The notes under the pieces were generated by a model. It searched no databases, was not told the origin of the DNA, and was given only the letters and a program-made list of their open reading frames with translations. From the NCBI RefSeq assembly GCF_036365525.1, contig NC_090387.1, positions 89,383,691 through 89,447,690 on the forward strand: 64,000 nt of DNA, read 5' to 3'. The position numbers and the translations under genes were made by a program. This DNA is from Heterodontus francisci. Taxonomy: Eukaryota. The first letter of the stretch is position 1, and every line of letters starts with the position of its first letter. This document shows, piece by piece, positions 37,489-49,400 of the stretch.

Positions 37489-40400
37489 CTGTGAAATCAA
37501 TATTTGGGAATATAATTAGTTCGATATGTTAACGGCAATGTAAAGTTAGGCGCTGTAATTGAAATAGAAAAACAATGAAAAAGCTTGCATTTATATAACG
37601 CCTTTCGCGACCTCAATACATCCCAAAGCATTTTAACAGCCAAAGAAATAGTTTTTGAAGTGCAGTAACTGTTGTACTGTAGGAAACGTGCCTGCCGATT
37701 TTCTCACAGCAAGCTCCCGCGGACAGTATGTTAGTCAGCAGATAATCTGTTTTCGTGATGTTGATTGAAGGATAAAGATTGACTCGGACACTAGGGATAA
37801 CTCCCTAATAATAATATCCGAAGAAGGGTCACTGACCCGAAACGTTAACTCTGCTTCTCTTTTCACAGATGCTGCCAGACCTGCTGAGTGGTTCCAGCAT
37901 TTCTTGTTTTTATTTCAGATTTCCAGCATCCGCAGTATTTTGCTTTTATTTTAGGGATAACTCCCTGCTTTTCTTCGTAATAATGTCACGGGATTCACCT
38001 TAGAAAGAAACCGAGGCCACAGTCCAAGGTCTCATTCGAAAGACGGCACCCCCAACAGAGCAGATTTCCCTCAGGACTGCACTGGAATGTATATTTTGTG
38101 CTCAACTCTCTGGAGTGCGACGATGAACCCACAACCTTGTGAGTTCGATGACAGGTTGCTACCAACTGAGCTACAGCTGACATAACGACCATTGCCAAAG
38201 CTTGGCAGAATTAATGTTAAGTACAACAGCACTATAAAAGCACTATTAAGGCATTTCTTACACTTCACCGTTTTACTTGTTAATTACAGGCATTCCGTGT
38301 CTCTTTGTTCGGCTACTCACCCCTACCTGGACATGCGCTGTCCTTTCTTGATGCTTTGGTCTTGGAGTTTTCAAGGGATTCATTATCTCGAGTTCAGCAT
38401 AAGGCGCCATCACATCGGCTGTGCCCTGCATGGTCTGAAGGACAAACATATATATCTTGTTATGTTGTCAGATAAATTCGGTTGGGCTCTCCGTGTGCAG
38501 AACGACGCGAGCAGGGACGGAAACTGCAACTCCATAGTCAATCCATTAACTGAATGGATGCGATATCAGTCACTGTTGCCCTGTGTCTGCCTGCGCCATC
38601 AGTGCCCAGCAGGCGGAATGAGTCTTATTTACAAAAATAAGCAGTTTGTGGGACAGTGAAAAGGGGGTCTGGTCTTTACCGACTCGGCTTTAAGCAACGT
38701 TAGCGCTGAGCGCAGAATGGAAACTCCGGGGAAGGCGCTGCTGGCAACAGGACCCGATGTCTTTTCCCTCCATTGAAATGAATGTAAAGAAAATTCCTTG
38801 GGAAGTGTGATTCTACCAACCAGATGTATGTTTGTGTGCTCCCCACATGCATTTGTTGTTTCACGTCAAGCGGTATTTTGCGAAAATCTGTCTTCAAAAC
38901 TCGACAGAGCTGCAACCCGTCTCCTGATCTTACTTAACTTCATGATTACGAGAAACCCCGGAGAAATGGGGGAAATGGCTGAAAACGCTCTTTCAGTCGG
39001 TTCTCTGCAAGTTTCGCGAATATTCCACTGAGGTTATGGAAATCCCGTTAAATTTCCAGGTGAAGTATATTAAGAAAAACGAAAGATCAAAGTTCATCCC
39101 TGCAGTCCATTGACCTGACTCACTACTTGAAAAAACCTGCAGCTGTCAAGGTTTATATACTGGAAGCTACACATTTGTTGCAGCAAAAATAGGAAAAACC
39201 ATTTAGATCCTGTTATGAAATTGAGCGGAATTGGAAAATCTGCGTTGCAATTATAGAATGGATGGAATTGAATTAGCACAGGGTGACAGAGGAGAGTCTG
39301 GGACAACTGTAGTCAGGTCACTTTCATTGTTCAAACAAGTAAATAGAGAATAGAATTCTGCAAACAATTATTAGAACGTGGAACACAAGAGATTACTTGA
39401 AGTTGGCAGTCACCTCTGCGCTACACTTAGAATACTACGTTCAGTCTTTAATTCATCCATAAAATATATATCTACATCTATACAATATGTATGCAATTAT
39501 CTTTCTATATATTTTCCATCTATATCTATATCCACCTCTTTCTTTCACTGTAAGGTAGACTTTGACGACTTAAATGTGGAGAAGAATTAGAACCCGGGAT
39601 ACAAATAGAAAACAAATGTCAAACATATCTAAGGGAAAAGATTTGCTGAAAGATTCAGCTATGGTTGGAATGCCTCTCTTGATGTGCTGGAGTTTTTGTT
39701 CGCTTCTCGGCATCCATAATTTCATGCAGCAGACGGTATATGTAGGAAAACCTCGAGTTAATGCCAACACATTTCTGTCCATTGATTTCAATCTATGTGA
39801 AATGGAGGACAATAACGCACCCAAGTCTCCTGGCCCTGATGGAATGCATCCCAGGGTACTAAAAGAGATGGCGGGAGAAATAGCAGGTGAACTGGCGGTA
39901 ATTTTCCAAAATTCGCTGGACTCTGGGGTAGTCCCAGCAGATTGGAAAACAGCAGATGTGATGCCACTGTTTAAAAAGGGAGGTAGACAAAAGATGGGGA
40001 ATTATAGACCGGTTAGCTCAACCTCTGTAGTGGGGAAGATGCTTGAGTCTATTATCAAGGAAGAAATAGCAGGGCATCTCGATAGAAATTGTCCCGTTGG
40101 GCAGACGCAGCATGGGTTCATGAAGGGCAGGTCATGCTTGACAAATCTTTTGGTATTCTATGAAGACATTACGAGCAAGGTGGACAATGGGGCCCCAGTG
40201 GATGTGGTGTACCTAGATTTCCAAAAGGCCTTCGACAAGGTGCCGCACAAGAGGCTGCTGCATAAGATAAGGATGCATGGCGTTAGGGGTAAAGTATTAG
40301 CATGGATAGAGGATTGGTTGACTAACAGGAAGCAGAGAGTGGGGATAAATGAGTGCTATTCTGGGTGGCAATCAGTCACTAGTGATGTGCCTCAGGGATC

Positions 40401-43400
40401 GGTGTTGGGACCGCAATTATTTACAATTTAATATAGATGATTTGGAGTTGGGGACCACGTGTAGGGTGTCAAAGTTTGCAGATGACACTAAGATGAGTGG
40501 CAGAGCAAAGTGTGCAGATGACTGTGAAACTTTGCAGGGGAACATAGATACATTGAGTGAGTGGGCAAAGGTCTGGCACATGGAATACAATGTTAATAAA
40601 TGTGAAGTCATTCATTTCGGTAGGAGTAACAGTAAAAAGGATTATTACTTGAATGGTAAAAAGTTGCAGCATGCTGCTATGCAGAGGGACCTGGGTGTCC
40701 TTGTGCATGAATCGCAGAAGGTTGGTCTGCAGGTACAGCAAGTAATTAGGAAGGCAAATGGAATTTTGTCCTTCATTGCTAAAGGGATTGAGTTTAAAAG
40801 CAGAGAGGTTATGTTGCAGCTGTACAAGGTACTGGTGAGGCTGCACCTGGAGTACTGTGTGGAGTTTTGGTCTCCTTACTTGAGAAAGGATGTCCTGGCA
40901 CTGGAGGGGGTGCAGAGGAGGTTCACTAGGTTGATTCCGGAGTTGAGGGGGTTGGCTTATGAGGAGAGACTGAGTAGATTGGGATTATATTCATTGGAAT
41001 TCAGAAGAATGAGGGGGGATCTTACAGAAACATATAAAATTATGAAGGGAATAGATAAGATGCAAGTAGAGAGGATGTTTCCACTGGCAGGTGAAGCTAG
41101 GACAAGAATGCATAGACTCAAGATTAGAGGGAGCAGATTTAGGACTGAATTAAGAAGGAACTTCTTCACCCAGAGGGTTGTTAATCTATGGAATTCCTTG
41201 CCGAGTGAAGTAGTTGACGCTACTTCAGTAAACGTTTTTAAAGCTAAGGTAGATATCTTTTTGAACAATAAAGGAATTAAGGGATACGGTGAGAGAGCGG
41301 GTAAGTGGATCTGAGTCCACGAAAAGATCAGCCATGATCTTATTGAATGGCGGAGCGGGCTCGAGGGGCCGGACGGCCTACTCCTGCTCCTACTTCTTAT
41401 GTTCTTATGTTCCGATAAGGTTCTCAGTGCTTGCTCGGCCTCGCAGCCTGTGCAGCAAAGAAACAAATTCCACCCAAAGATAATCTGATATGCCAATGAG
41501 GCGACTGAAAAGAATGCCGATTTCTTGTCACCTGTCTCCTCGTGTTTTTTTTTCACATTACAGCAAATGCATCCGAAGTTCCGCTTCCGTGGTCTGTGCA
41601 CACGCGTGAACAATAAATAGTAAAACTTGCATCTTCAGCTCGTGACATTCTGCAGGAGTTTGTATTAATTCTGCAGCTGTGGGCATCGCTGGCAAGGCCG
41701 GTACTTATTGTTTATCCCTGGTTGCCCTTAAAAGGTGATGGTGGGCTTGTCAGGAGATTTCAGATGAAAGTTAAGAGCCAACCACGTTGATGTGGACTGG
41801 ATTCACGGACAGAGCGGTTGAGGATGACAGATGCCCTTCTATGACGAACATTATTAAACCAGTTGGGGTTTCAGGGGAACACGACAAATTCATGGTCACT
41901 TTGGCTATTACCATATTTTGCTTACAGATTTTTGAAAACTGAATTGAAAATGTCAAATTACCGGATTTGGCAAATGGACATTAGACAGCCATAGTCATTG
42001 AATCATTTACGGCACGAAAGGAGGCCATTCAGTCCATAGAGTCCATGCCGGCGCTCCACGGAGCTATGCATCACTCCTACTCCCCGGCTCTATCTCAGTA
42101 CCCTACAAGTCCATTTCCTTCAAGTGGCCATCCAACTTCCCCTTGAAGTCATTGATTGTCTCCACTTCCACCACACTTGTGGGCAGCGAGTTCCAAGTCC
42201 TTAGCACCCGCTGCAGAAAAATAAGTTGTTTCCTCATATCCCGGGGCGGCACAGTTGTTAGCACCACAGCCTTACAGTTCCTGCGACCTATGTTCAATTC
42301 TCGGTACTGCCTGTGCGGAGTTTACAAGTTGTCCCTGTGTCTGTGGGTTTCCACCGCGTGCTCTGGTTTCCTCCCACCTCCAAAAACTTGCAGGTTGATA
42401 GATAAATTGGCCATTGTAAATTGCCTCTAGTGTCGGTAGGTGGTAGGAGAATGGTGCGGATGTGGTAGAGGATATGGGGTTAATGTAGGATTAGCATAAA
42501 TGGGTGGTTGTTGGTCAGCACAGACTTGGTGGGCCGAAGGGCCTGTTTCATTGCTGTATCTCTAAATAAATAAAATTCCCTCTGTGTCGCCTAGTCCTTG
42601 TACCATTTGTAATGGGAACAATTTTGTCTAACTGAGAGAGTCATAGAGTCACTGAGTTATCCAGCACAGAAACATGCCCTTCGGCTCATGGTGTCCGTGC
42701 CGGCCATCAAGCACCTAACCATTCTAATCCCATTTTCCCCGTAGCTTTGTATGCTATGGCGTTTCAAGTGCTTATCTATAACTAATCTTAGGCCTGTCAT
42801 AATCTTGTACACTTTTATTAAATCTCTCCTCAACCAGCCTTTTATGGTGGACTTTATCAAGTACTTTCTTAAAATCCATACAAATAACTTCCATCACGTT
42901 CCCTTCATCAACCTTCTCTGTTATTTCATAAAAAAATACAATTAGATTAGTCAAGCATGATCTCCCATGCTAGTTATCCTTCAGTAACTCGAACCTCTCT
43001 AAGTGTCCGTTGATATTTATCCTGATTATTCTTTTTCAAACCTTACCCAGCACTGATGTTAAATTAACTGGCCTGTAGTTGCTGGGACTGTCCTTACACC
43101 CTTTCTTGTCACATTTGCCACTATCGAATCCTCTGGTGCCACCCCTGTATCTTGTTGTCTCCAGGAGGTTAAAGCAGTTTTTTTTTACTATTCATTACAG
43201 TGGATGATCAGTCAGCAAAAGACAGTTATAATTCACGTGCCTCGGATTTATTGAGAAAGATTGTTTCCACATAGAATCATGGAATCATAGAATGGCTACA
43301 GCACAGAGTAGGTCATTCGGCCCATCATGTCTGTGACGCATCACTGCAAGGGCAGCTCACCTAGCCCTGCTTCCCTGCCTTTTCCATGTAACCCTGCACT

Positions 43401-46400
43401 TCTTTGTTTCTCTTCAGATAATTATGCAGCTTTCTTCTGAAGGCCTCAACTGAATCTCCCACCACCACACCCCCGGGCAGTACATTCCAACTCCGAACCA
43501 CTCGCTGTCACTGCGGCTTTTTTTGTGCCAATCGCCTTAAATCGGTGTCCTCTGGTTCTCGATCCTCAGCCAACGGGAACAGTTTCGCCTTACCTACTCT
43601 GTCCAGACGCCTCATGATTTTATACTCCTCTATCAAATTTCCTCTTAGTCTTCTCTTCTGCCAGAGAACAGTCCCAGTTTCTCTATCTGATCTACGTAAC
43701 CGAAATTCCTCACCCCGGAACCATTCTCGTGATTTTTCTGCACCATCTCCAATGCCTTCATATCCTTCCGAATGTGTCATGCCCAGAACTTGACACAATA
43801 CTTCAGTTGATGCCGCACCAGTGTTTTAGACAGGTTTTTCATAACTTCCTTGTGTTTGTACTCTATGCCCCTATTTATGAAGCCCAGGATCTCATATGAT
43901 TTATTAACCTATTTCTCAACCTGCCCTGTAACTTCCATGATTTGTGTTTGCACCCCCAGGTTCCTCCGAGCCTTCACCCATTTTAGAATTGTAACATTTA
44001 ATTTATATTGTCTGCCCTCGTTCTTCCTACCAAAATAAATCACTTCACACTTTCTGCATTAAATTTTATCTGCCATTTGTCCTCCCATTCCATCAGTTTG
44101 CCTGTGTCCTCTTGATGTTTATCACTATCCTCCTCACAGTTCACAATGCTTCCATGTTTTGTGTCACCGAAAATTTTGAAATTGTGCCTTGTACAACCAG
44201 GTCTAACTCTGTAAAATGTGTCAAGAAAAGCAGAGGTCCCAACACCAACCCCTGGGAATCCAGTCTTTCTCCAGTCCAAAAGAAACTGTTCACCGCTATT
44301 CTCTGATGTCTGTCACTCAGCTAATTTCATATCCATGTTGCTACTGTCTCATTTATTCCATGGATCTAACTTTGTTGACAAGTCTGTTATGTGGCACTAT
44401 ATCAATGATCTTTTGGAAGTCCATGTACAACACGTCAGTGGCATTACCCTCATCAACCCTGTCTGTTACCTTATCAAAAACAAAACCTCAGCCAAGTTAG
44501 TTATACACGATTTTTCCTTAACAAATCCGTGCTGCCTTTCCTTACTTACACAACATTTGACCAAATCACTATTAATTTTGCCTTGAATCATTGTTTCTAA
44601 AAGCATTCCTGCTGCCGAAGTTAAACTAACTGGCCTGCAGTTGCTGGACTTATCCTGACATGCATTTTGAACAATAGTGTAACATTTCCTATTCTCCAGT
44701 CCCCTGGCACCACAACTATATCGAAGGAGGATTAGAAGATTATCGCCAATGCATCCGCAATTTCGACCCTTACATATCATTGGATGCATCTCATCCCGAC
44801 CTGATGACTTATCAACTTTAAGTACAGCCAATCGATCTATTACTTCCTCTTTGTCCATTTTAGCCCATCCAGTGTCTCAACTACCTCCCTTTCACTATGA
44901 CTTTGGCAGCATCTTCTTCCACCTTAAAGACCTATGCAAAGTACACATTTTGTACCTCAGGGATGACCTCTGCTTCCACGCGTAAATTCCCTTTTAGGAC
45001 CCTGATCGGCCCCGCTCGTCCTTTTTACCAGTCCTTTACTGGTTATGTGCTTACAGAAGTTTGTCTGTTGCATCAGCACTGAATTCAGCCTGTGCCATTT
45101 TGTCTGAATTTGTGCAGTAGGGAATTAAACGCGCAGATTATTACATTAAATAGAGTACAACATTGTTACATTTATATTTACATTTGAAATACATTAGTAC
45201 GAATTATGAACACCTACCTGCTGTTCAGGAGAGTTGGCTCTTTCACCATCGTTCTTCACTCCTGGTAATGAATGAAGCTTAAGACTTTATCTTTAATATT
45301 TACTCGGCTTAGAAAGACACTTCTGATAGATTCAATGTAAATTATATGACCTAGATATCACATTTGTTGTTCAGAATTGCTTGGTTTCAGATCACATTTG
45401 ACAATCGGACCAAGATTATTCAAATGCCAGTGAAGTAGTGAGTCTGGTTGAAAAATCGCATGGGCACAACACAAATGTTTATGTTCATTACCGCACTGGC
45501 GTTAAGTCACAGGCAATGAAAGGAGATTTTTCAATAGACTACCCATTAAGGGCGGCACAGTGGCGCAGTGGTTAGCACCGCAGCCTCACAGCTCCAACAA
45601 CCCGGGTTCAATTCTGGGTACTGCCTGTGCGGAGTTTGCATGTTCTCCCTGTGACCGGGTGCTCCGGTTTCCTCCCACAGCCAAAGACTTGCAGCCATTG
45701 TAAATTGACCCTAGTGTAGGTAGGTGGTAGTGAATATGGGATTACTGTAGGGTTAGTATAAATAGGTGGTTGTTCTAAGAAAGAAAAAGAAAGAAATATA
45801 AATGGGTGGTTGTTGGTCGGGACAGATTCCGTGGGGCCTGTTTCAGTGCTGTATCTCTAAATAAATAAGTCTGAGGCCTGAATTTCGTGGAAACGGCGGG
45901 GGTCCTGATGCTGGTCAGGAGGGGAACCTTACCTGAGACCTTTGGGGACCTCTTTCCCTCCCCGTCACCAACCCCCACCCCCCCCCCCCCCCCCACCCCC
46001 TCCCGATTCCAGTCAATGACAGTCGGGCAAGTAACTGCCTGGGCTGTGGTTCCGGTCCTTTTCAGAACGAGGATCCCAGCCCAAAGAACTATCAGCCAAT
46101 CAAACGGCCAGCAGCTCAGTGGGAGCGGTGGCCATTGCTGTACGACAAGTGGACGTTCACTGGAGTCCCACACCCCCGTAAAAGTGGCGGAGTCACCAGG
46201 AATAGTCCGGCAGGCCCTGCCGAGGGGGAGGGAGGATGTCGGTTATTGAGGACGAGAGGGGTTGTTCATGGGGTTGTTCATGGTGGCCTTTGCCACCGGG
46301 TGCCCTCTGTGGGCCACAGATCGCCCACAAATGAGACCCCGCCCCCCCCCTCTCCCGTCCCAAGACTGCAGGGAGTCACTTTGTTTAACTGGAATCTTCC

Positions 46401-49400
46401 CACGTCGAGACACCCGACCTGTAGTCGAATACCAGCGGCAATGGGAAGAGGCCCTTAAGTGACTATTAATTGGCCACTTAATGGCCTCAATTAGCCTTTG
46501 GGTAGGATGGCCTTTCGCGTCCCAGAAAAAACGCACGGCAACGGGAAGGTGCAGGGCAGTCCACCCGCTGCCTTCCTTCGATATTTTATGGCCACCGCCT
46601 CCGTTCCAGTCACCAGGGGGCACCTAGAAATCCACCCCGAATCTCTTGTCAGTGACTGAAGACCTTCGAAAACTCTACTCCATTTCAGAAATTTGAATGT
46701 ACCCCTACACTGGAACCCTGGAGTGCCCGTGTAGGGTCCCATATATTTTAAACACCATGAAAACGTTTGTGTTCAGCAATCACCTGTGCTCCTGTGGGGA
46801 CAGGCTAACTAATGTCGCTTTGAAACTTGTGCTAACGTTCGTAAAATAAAACTGAATTATTTCATACCATTGTTTTTCTTTGCCACACATCGCTTGGCAA
46901 TAATGAGACCGATCACCAATAATACCACCACGCCCCCTGCAGATGCAGAAATCAGCAAGTAATGGTTGTTTTCTCCACCTAAAAGATGTAAATTAAATAT
47001 ATAAATCCGAACCTGTATGCTGTTCAATTCAATATGACAATACCCTGAAAGAAAGAGAATTCGAAATATTTTCAGTCAGTTATCGCAGTTGATATCAACC
47101 ATGGCTTAGTTCACTCTTGCCTCTGAGTCATAAGGTTCTGGGTTCAAGTTCTACTTTAGGGCTTGAGCACACAAATTAAGGCTGACACTCCAATGTAGTA
47201 CTGAGGGAATGCTGCACTATTGGAGGTGTTGATTTACAGACGTGATATTGCCTTCTCAAGTGGATATAAAAACGCCCATGGTACTATTTCAAAGAAGAGC
47301 AGGGGAGTTATCCTTGGTGTGCCAACCAATATTTATCCCTCAATCAAAATCACAAAACAACTTATCTGGTCATTATCACATTGCTGTTTGTAGGAACTTG
47401 CTGTGTGCAAATTGGCTATCGCATATTCTACATTACAACAGTGAAAATACTTCAGAAGTACTTCATTGGCTGTAAAGCACTTTGAGATATCCTGTGGTGG
47501 TGAAAATCGTTATATAAATGCATTTATTTTAATCATTTAGTATTAAGGTGCGATATCATTAAACAAAAGAATGTTGAGCTATGACATATTGGATTTAATG
47601 CACCGAGGTACCTTGGGTATGCAATTTGCTAAGTGATAGGTGGCAGAGAGTGGATTTTTTCACAGGAGAGAAATATGCAGTGGGATTCCCTCAGGGATCA
47701 GTATCAGGACTAATAATTTACCTGATATGCATAAATGATCTGGACTTGATATCGGGAGTACAATTTGAAAATTGTTAATTAGGCAAAATTGGTAACGTAG
47801 TAAATGGTGAGAAGGGTAGGAGCAGACATTAGGGGAAAATACAGTGAGGAAATGGGCAGACGAATGGTAAGTGCAATTCAATGTGGATAAGTCTGAAGTG
47901 TGCACTTTGGGTGAAACAACATGGAGAGGTAGTATAATGGAAATGGTGCGATTTTGAGAGGCATACTAAATCAGGAGAAGCTAGGGGTGCATATCTACAC
48001 ATGTTTGAAGGTGGCAGAGCAAGTTAATAAGTAGGGTTAAGGAAAGCTTGTGCGATAATTAGTTTTGTGAATAGAGGTATTGGATACAAAAACATGGAAG
48101 CCATGCGAAAGTTTACACATCTCTGGTTAGTTCTCAGTTAGATTATTGTGCACAATGCTGGGCACCGCATTTTAAAAGAATGTCAAGGTCTTGGACAGAA
48201 TACAGGCGCGATTTACCGGCTTTAACAGGGAGGAGAGCCTTCAGCTACGTTTAGAGATTGGCGAAGTTCGGATTGCTCTCATTAGAACACAGAAAATTAA
48301 GGGGATATCTAAGAGCAGTATTCAAAATTATGAAGGGTTTTAATGAATCAAGTAGGAAGAAACATTCCTCTGAAGAAATGGGTCGATAGCCGGCAGTCAT
48401 AGGTTTAAAACTACTGGCAAAAAGACTAGAGGGGTTTTGAGGGAAATTCGTTTCTCACGGGGGTTGTTGAGATGTCGAATACACGAGCTGAAAGGTTGTT
48501 GGAAGCAATTTATACATGGATTTTCAAAAGGCAATTGGACATGTTACTTGAAGGGGTTTAATCTGCAGAGTTATGGGGATTAAACTGGACAGCTCTTTCA
48601 AAGAGGCCGCACAGACACGCCAGGCCAAATGACCTCTTTCGATATTGTACGATTCTACGATTTTATCTGAAATCTCACCTGTGCTGTGATAGGTGACAGT
48701 GTAAGTGGCCATGGCTGATATTTGGAGGGTACTGTGAGAGACCAGGCAGGAATAAACAGTTCCGGACAGGACAAACTGCGTCTCTTGCAACTGGCTGGAA
48801 GCTTCATATAGTCCGTCGGTGTTAGGTTCAACAACGTTACTTATCCCTGTTGTAGTTTTGTTGCCATCCTTATACCAAGTGAAGCTGATACTCTCTGGAT
48901 AAAAGGGAGATGTCACGCACACAACAGTCAGAGAAACAGATGAATCCTTCTCAGGTTGCTGAGATTTAATTTTCAGTGGAGTTGGCGGAGCTAAAAAAAA
49001 ATGAAGGAAAATAACGTAAATGGGACATCAATCAGGGTTAACAACCGGACATTTTGTTTCAGCCCATTTCAAAGTTAACACTGGAGGAGGTCTCGGGTGG
49101 GTCGGTGGGTGGAGGGGGGTCGGGGCTGGGGGTGGAGGGTGTGGTGAGGGGATGAGTCTTTGTGACACTGCATGGATGTTCACTTTGCGCTGTCAGTAGT
49201 TGCATCGTAAACGGATTTTCACAAGTGTCACCATTATTTCGGCGGTAATTGCAATGTTACCGCCCGGCAAAAAAAGGATGATAGCGAGTGGGTCGCCCGT
49301 TTTACAGCTCTCCCATTTTTCTATTCTAATGGGAAAGAAAATTGAGCGGGATGTATTTTGCGTTGCTCGCCCTGTTTCGCGGTACAGCTGCGAACTCTGT

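Larger units (their letters stand above)
28258..49110 (-). repeat. Right arm of inverted segmental duplication
   Basis: Mirror-ordered ORF-track pairs (185/48922, 9325/38659, 10832/36999, RTE and CR1 pairs) and direct reading of both arms. Confidence 0.92.

Noticed and set aside
39574-40431. 285-aa ORF with a novel N-terminus fused to RT
   Set aside because: Chance in-frame read-through from antisense intron sequence into a CR1 insertion at 39821.
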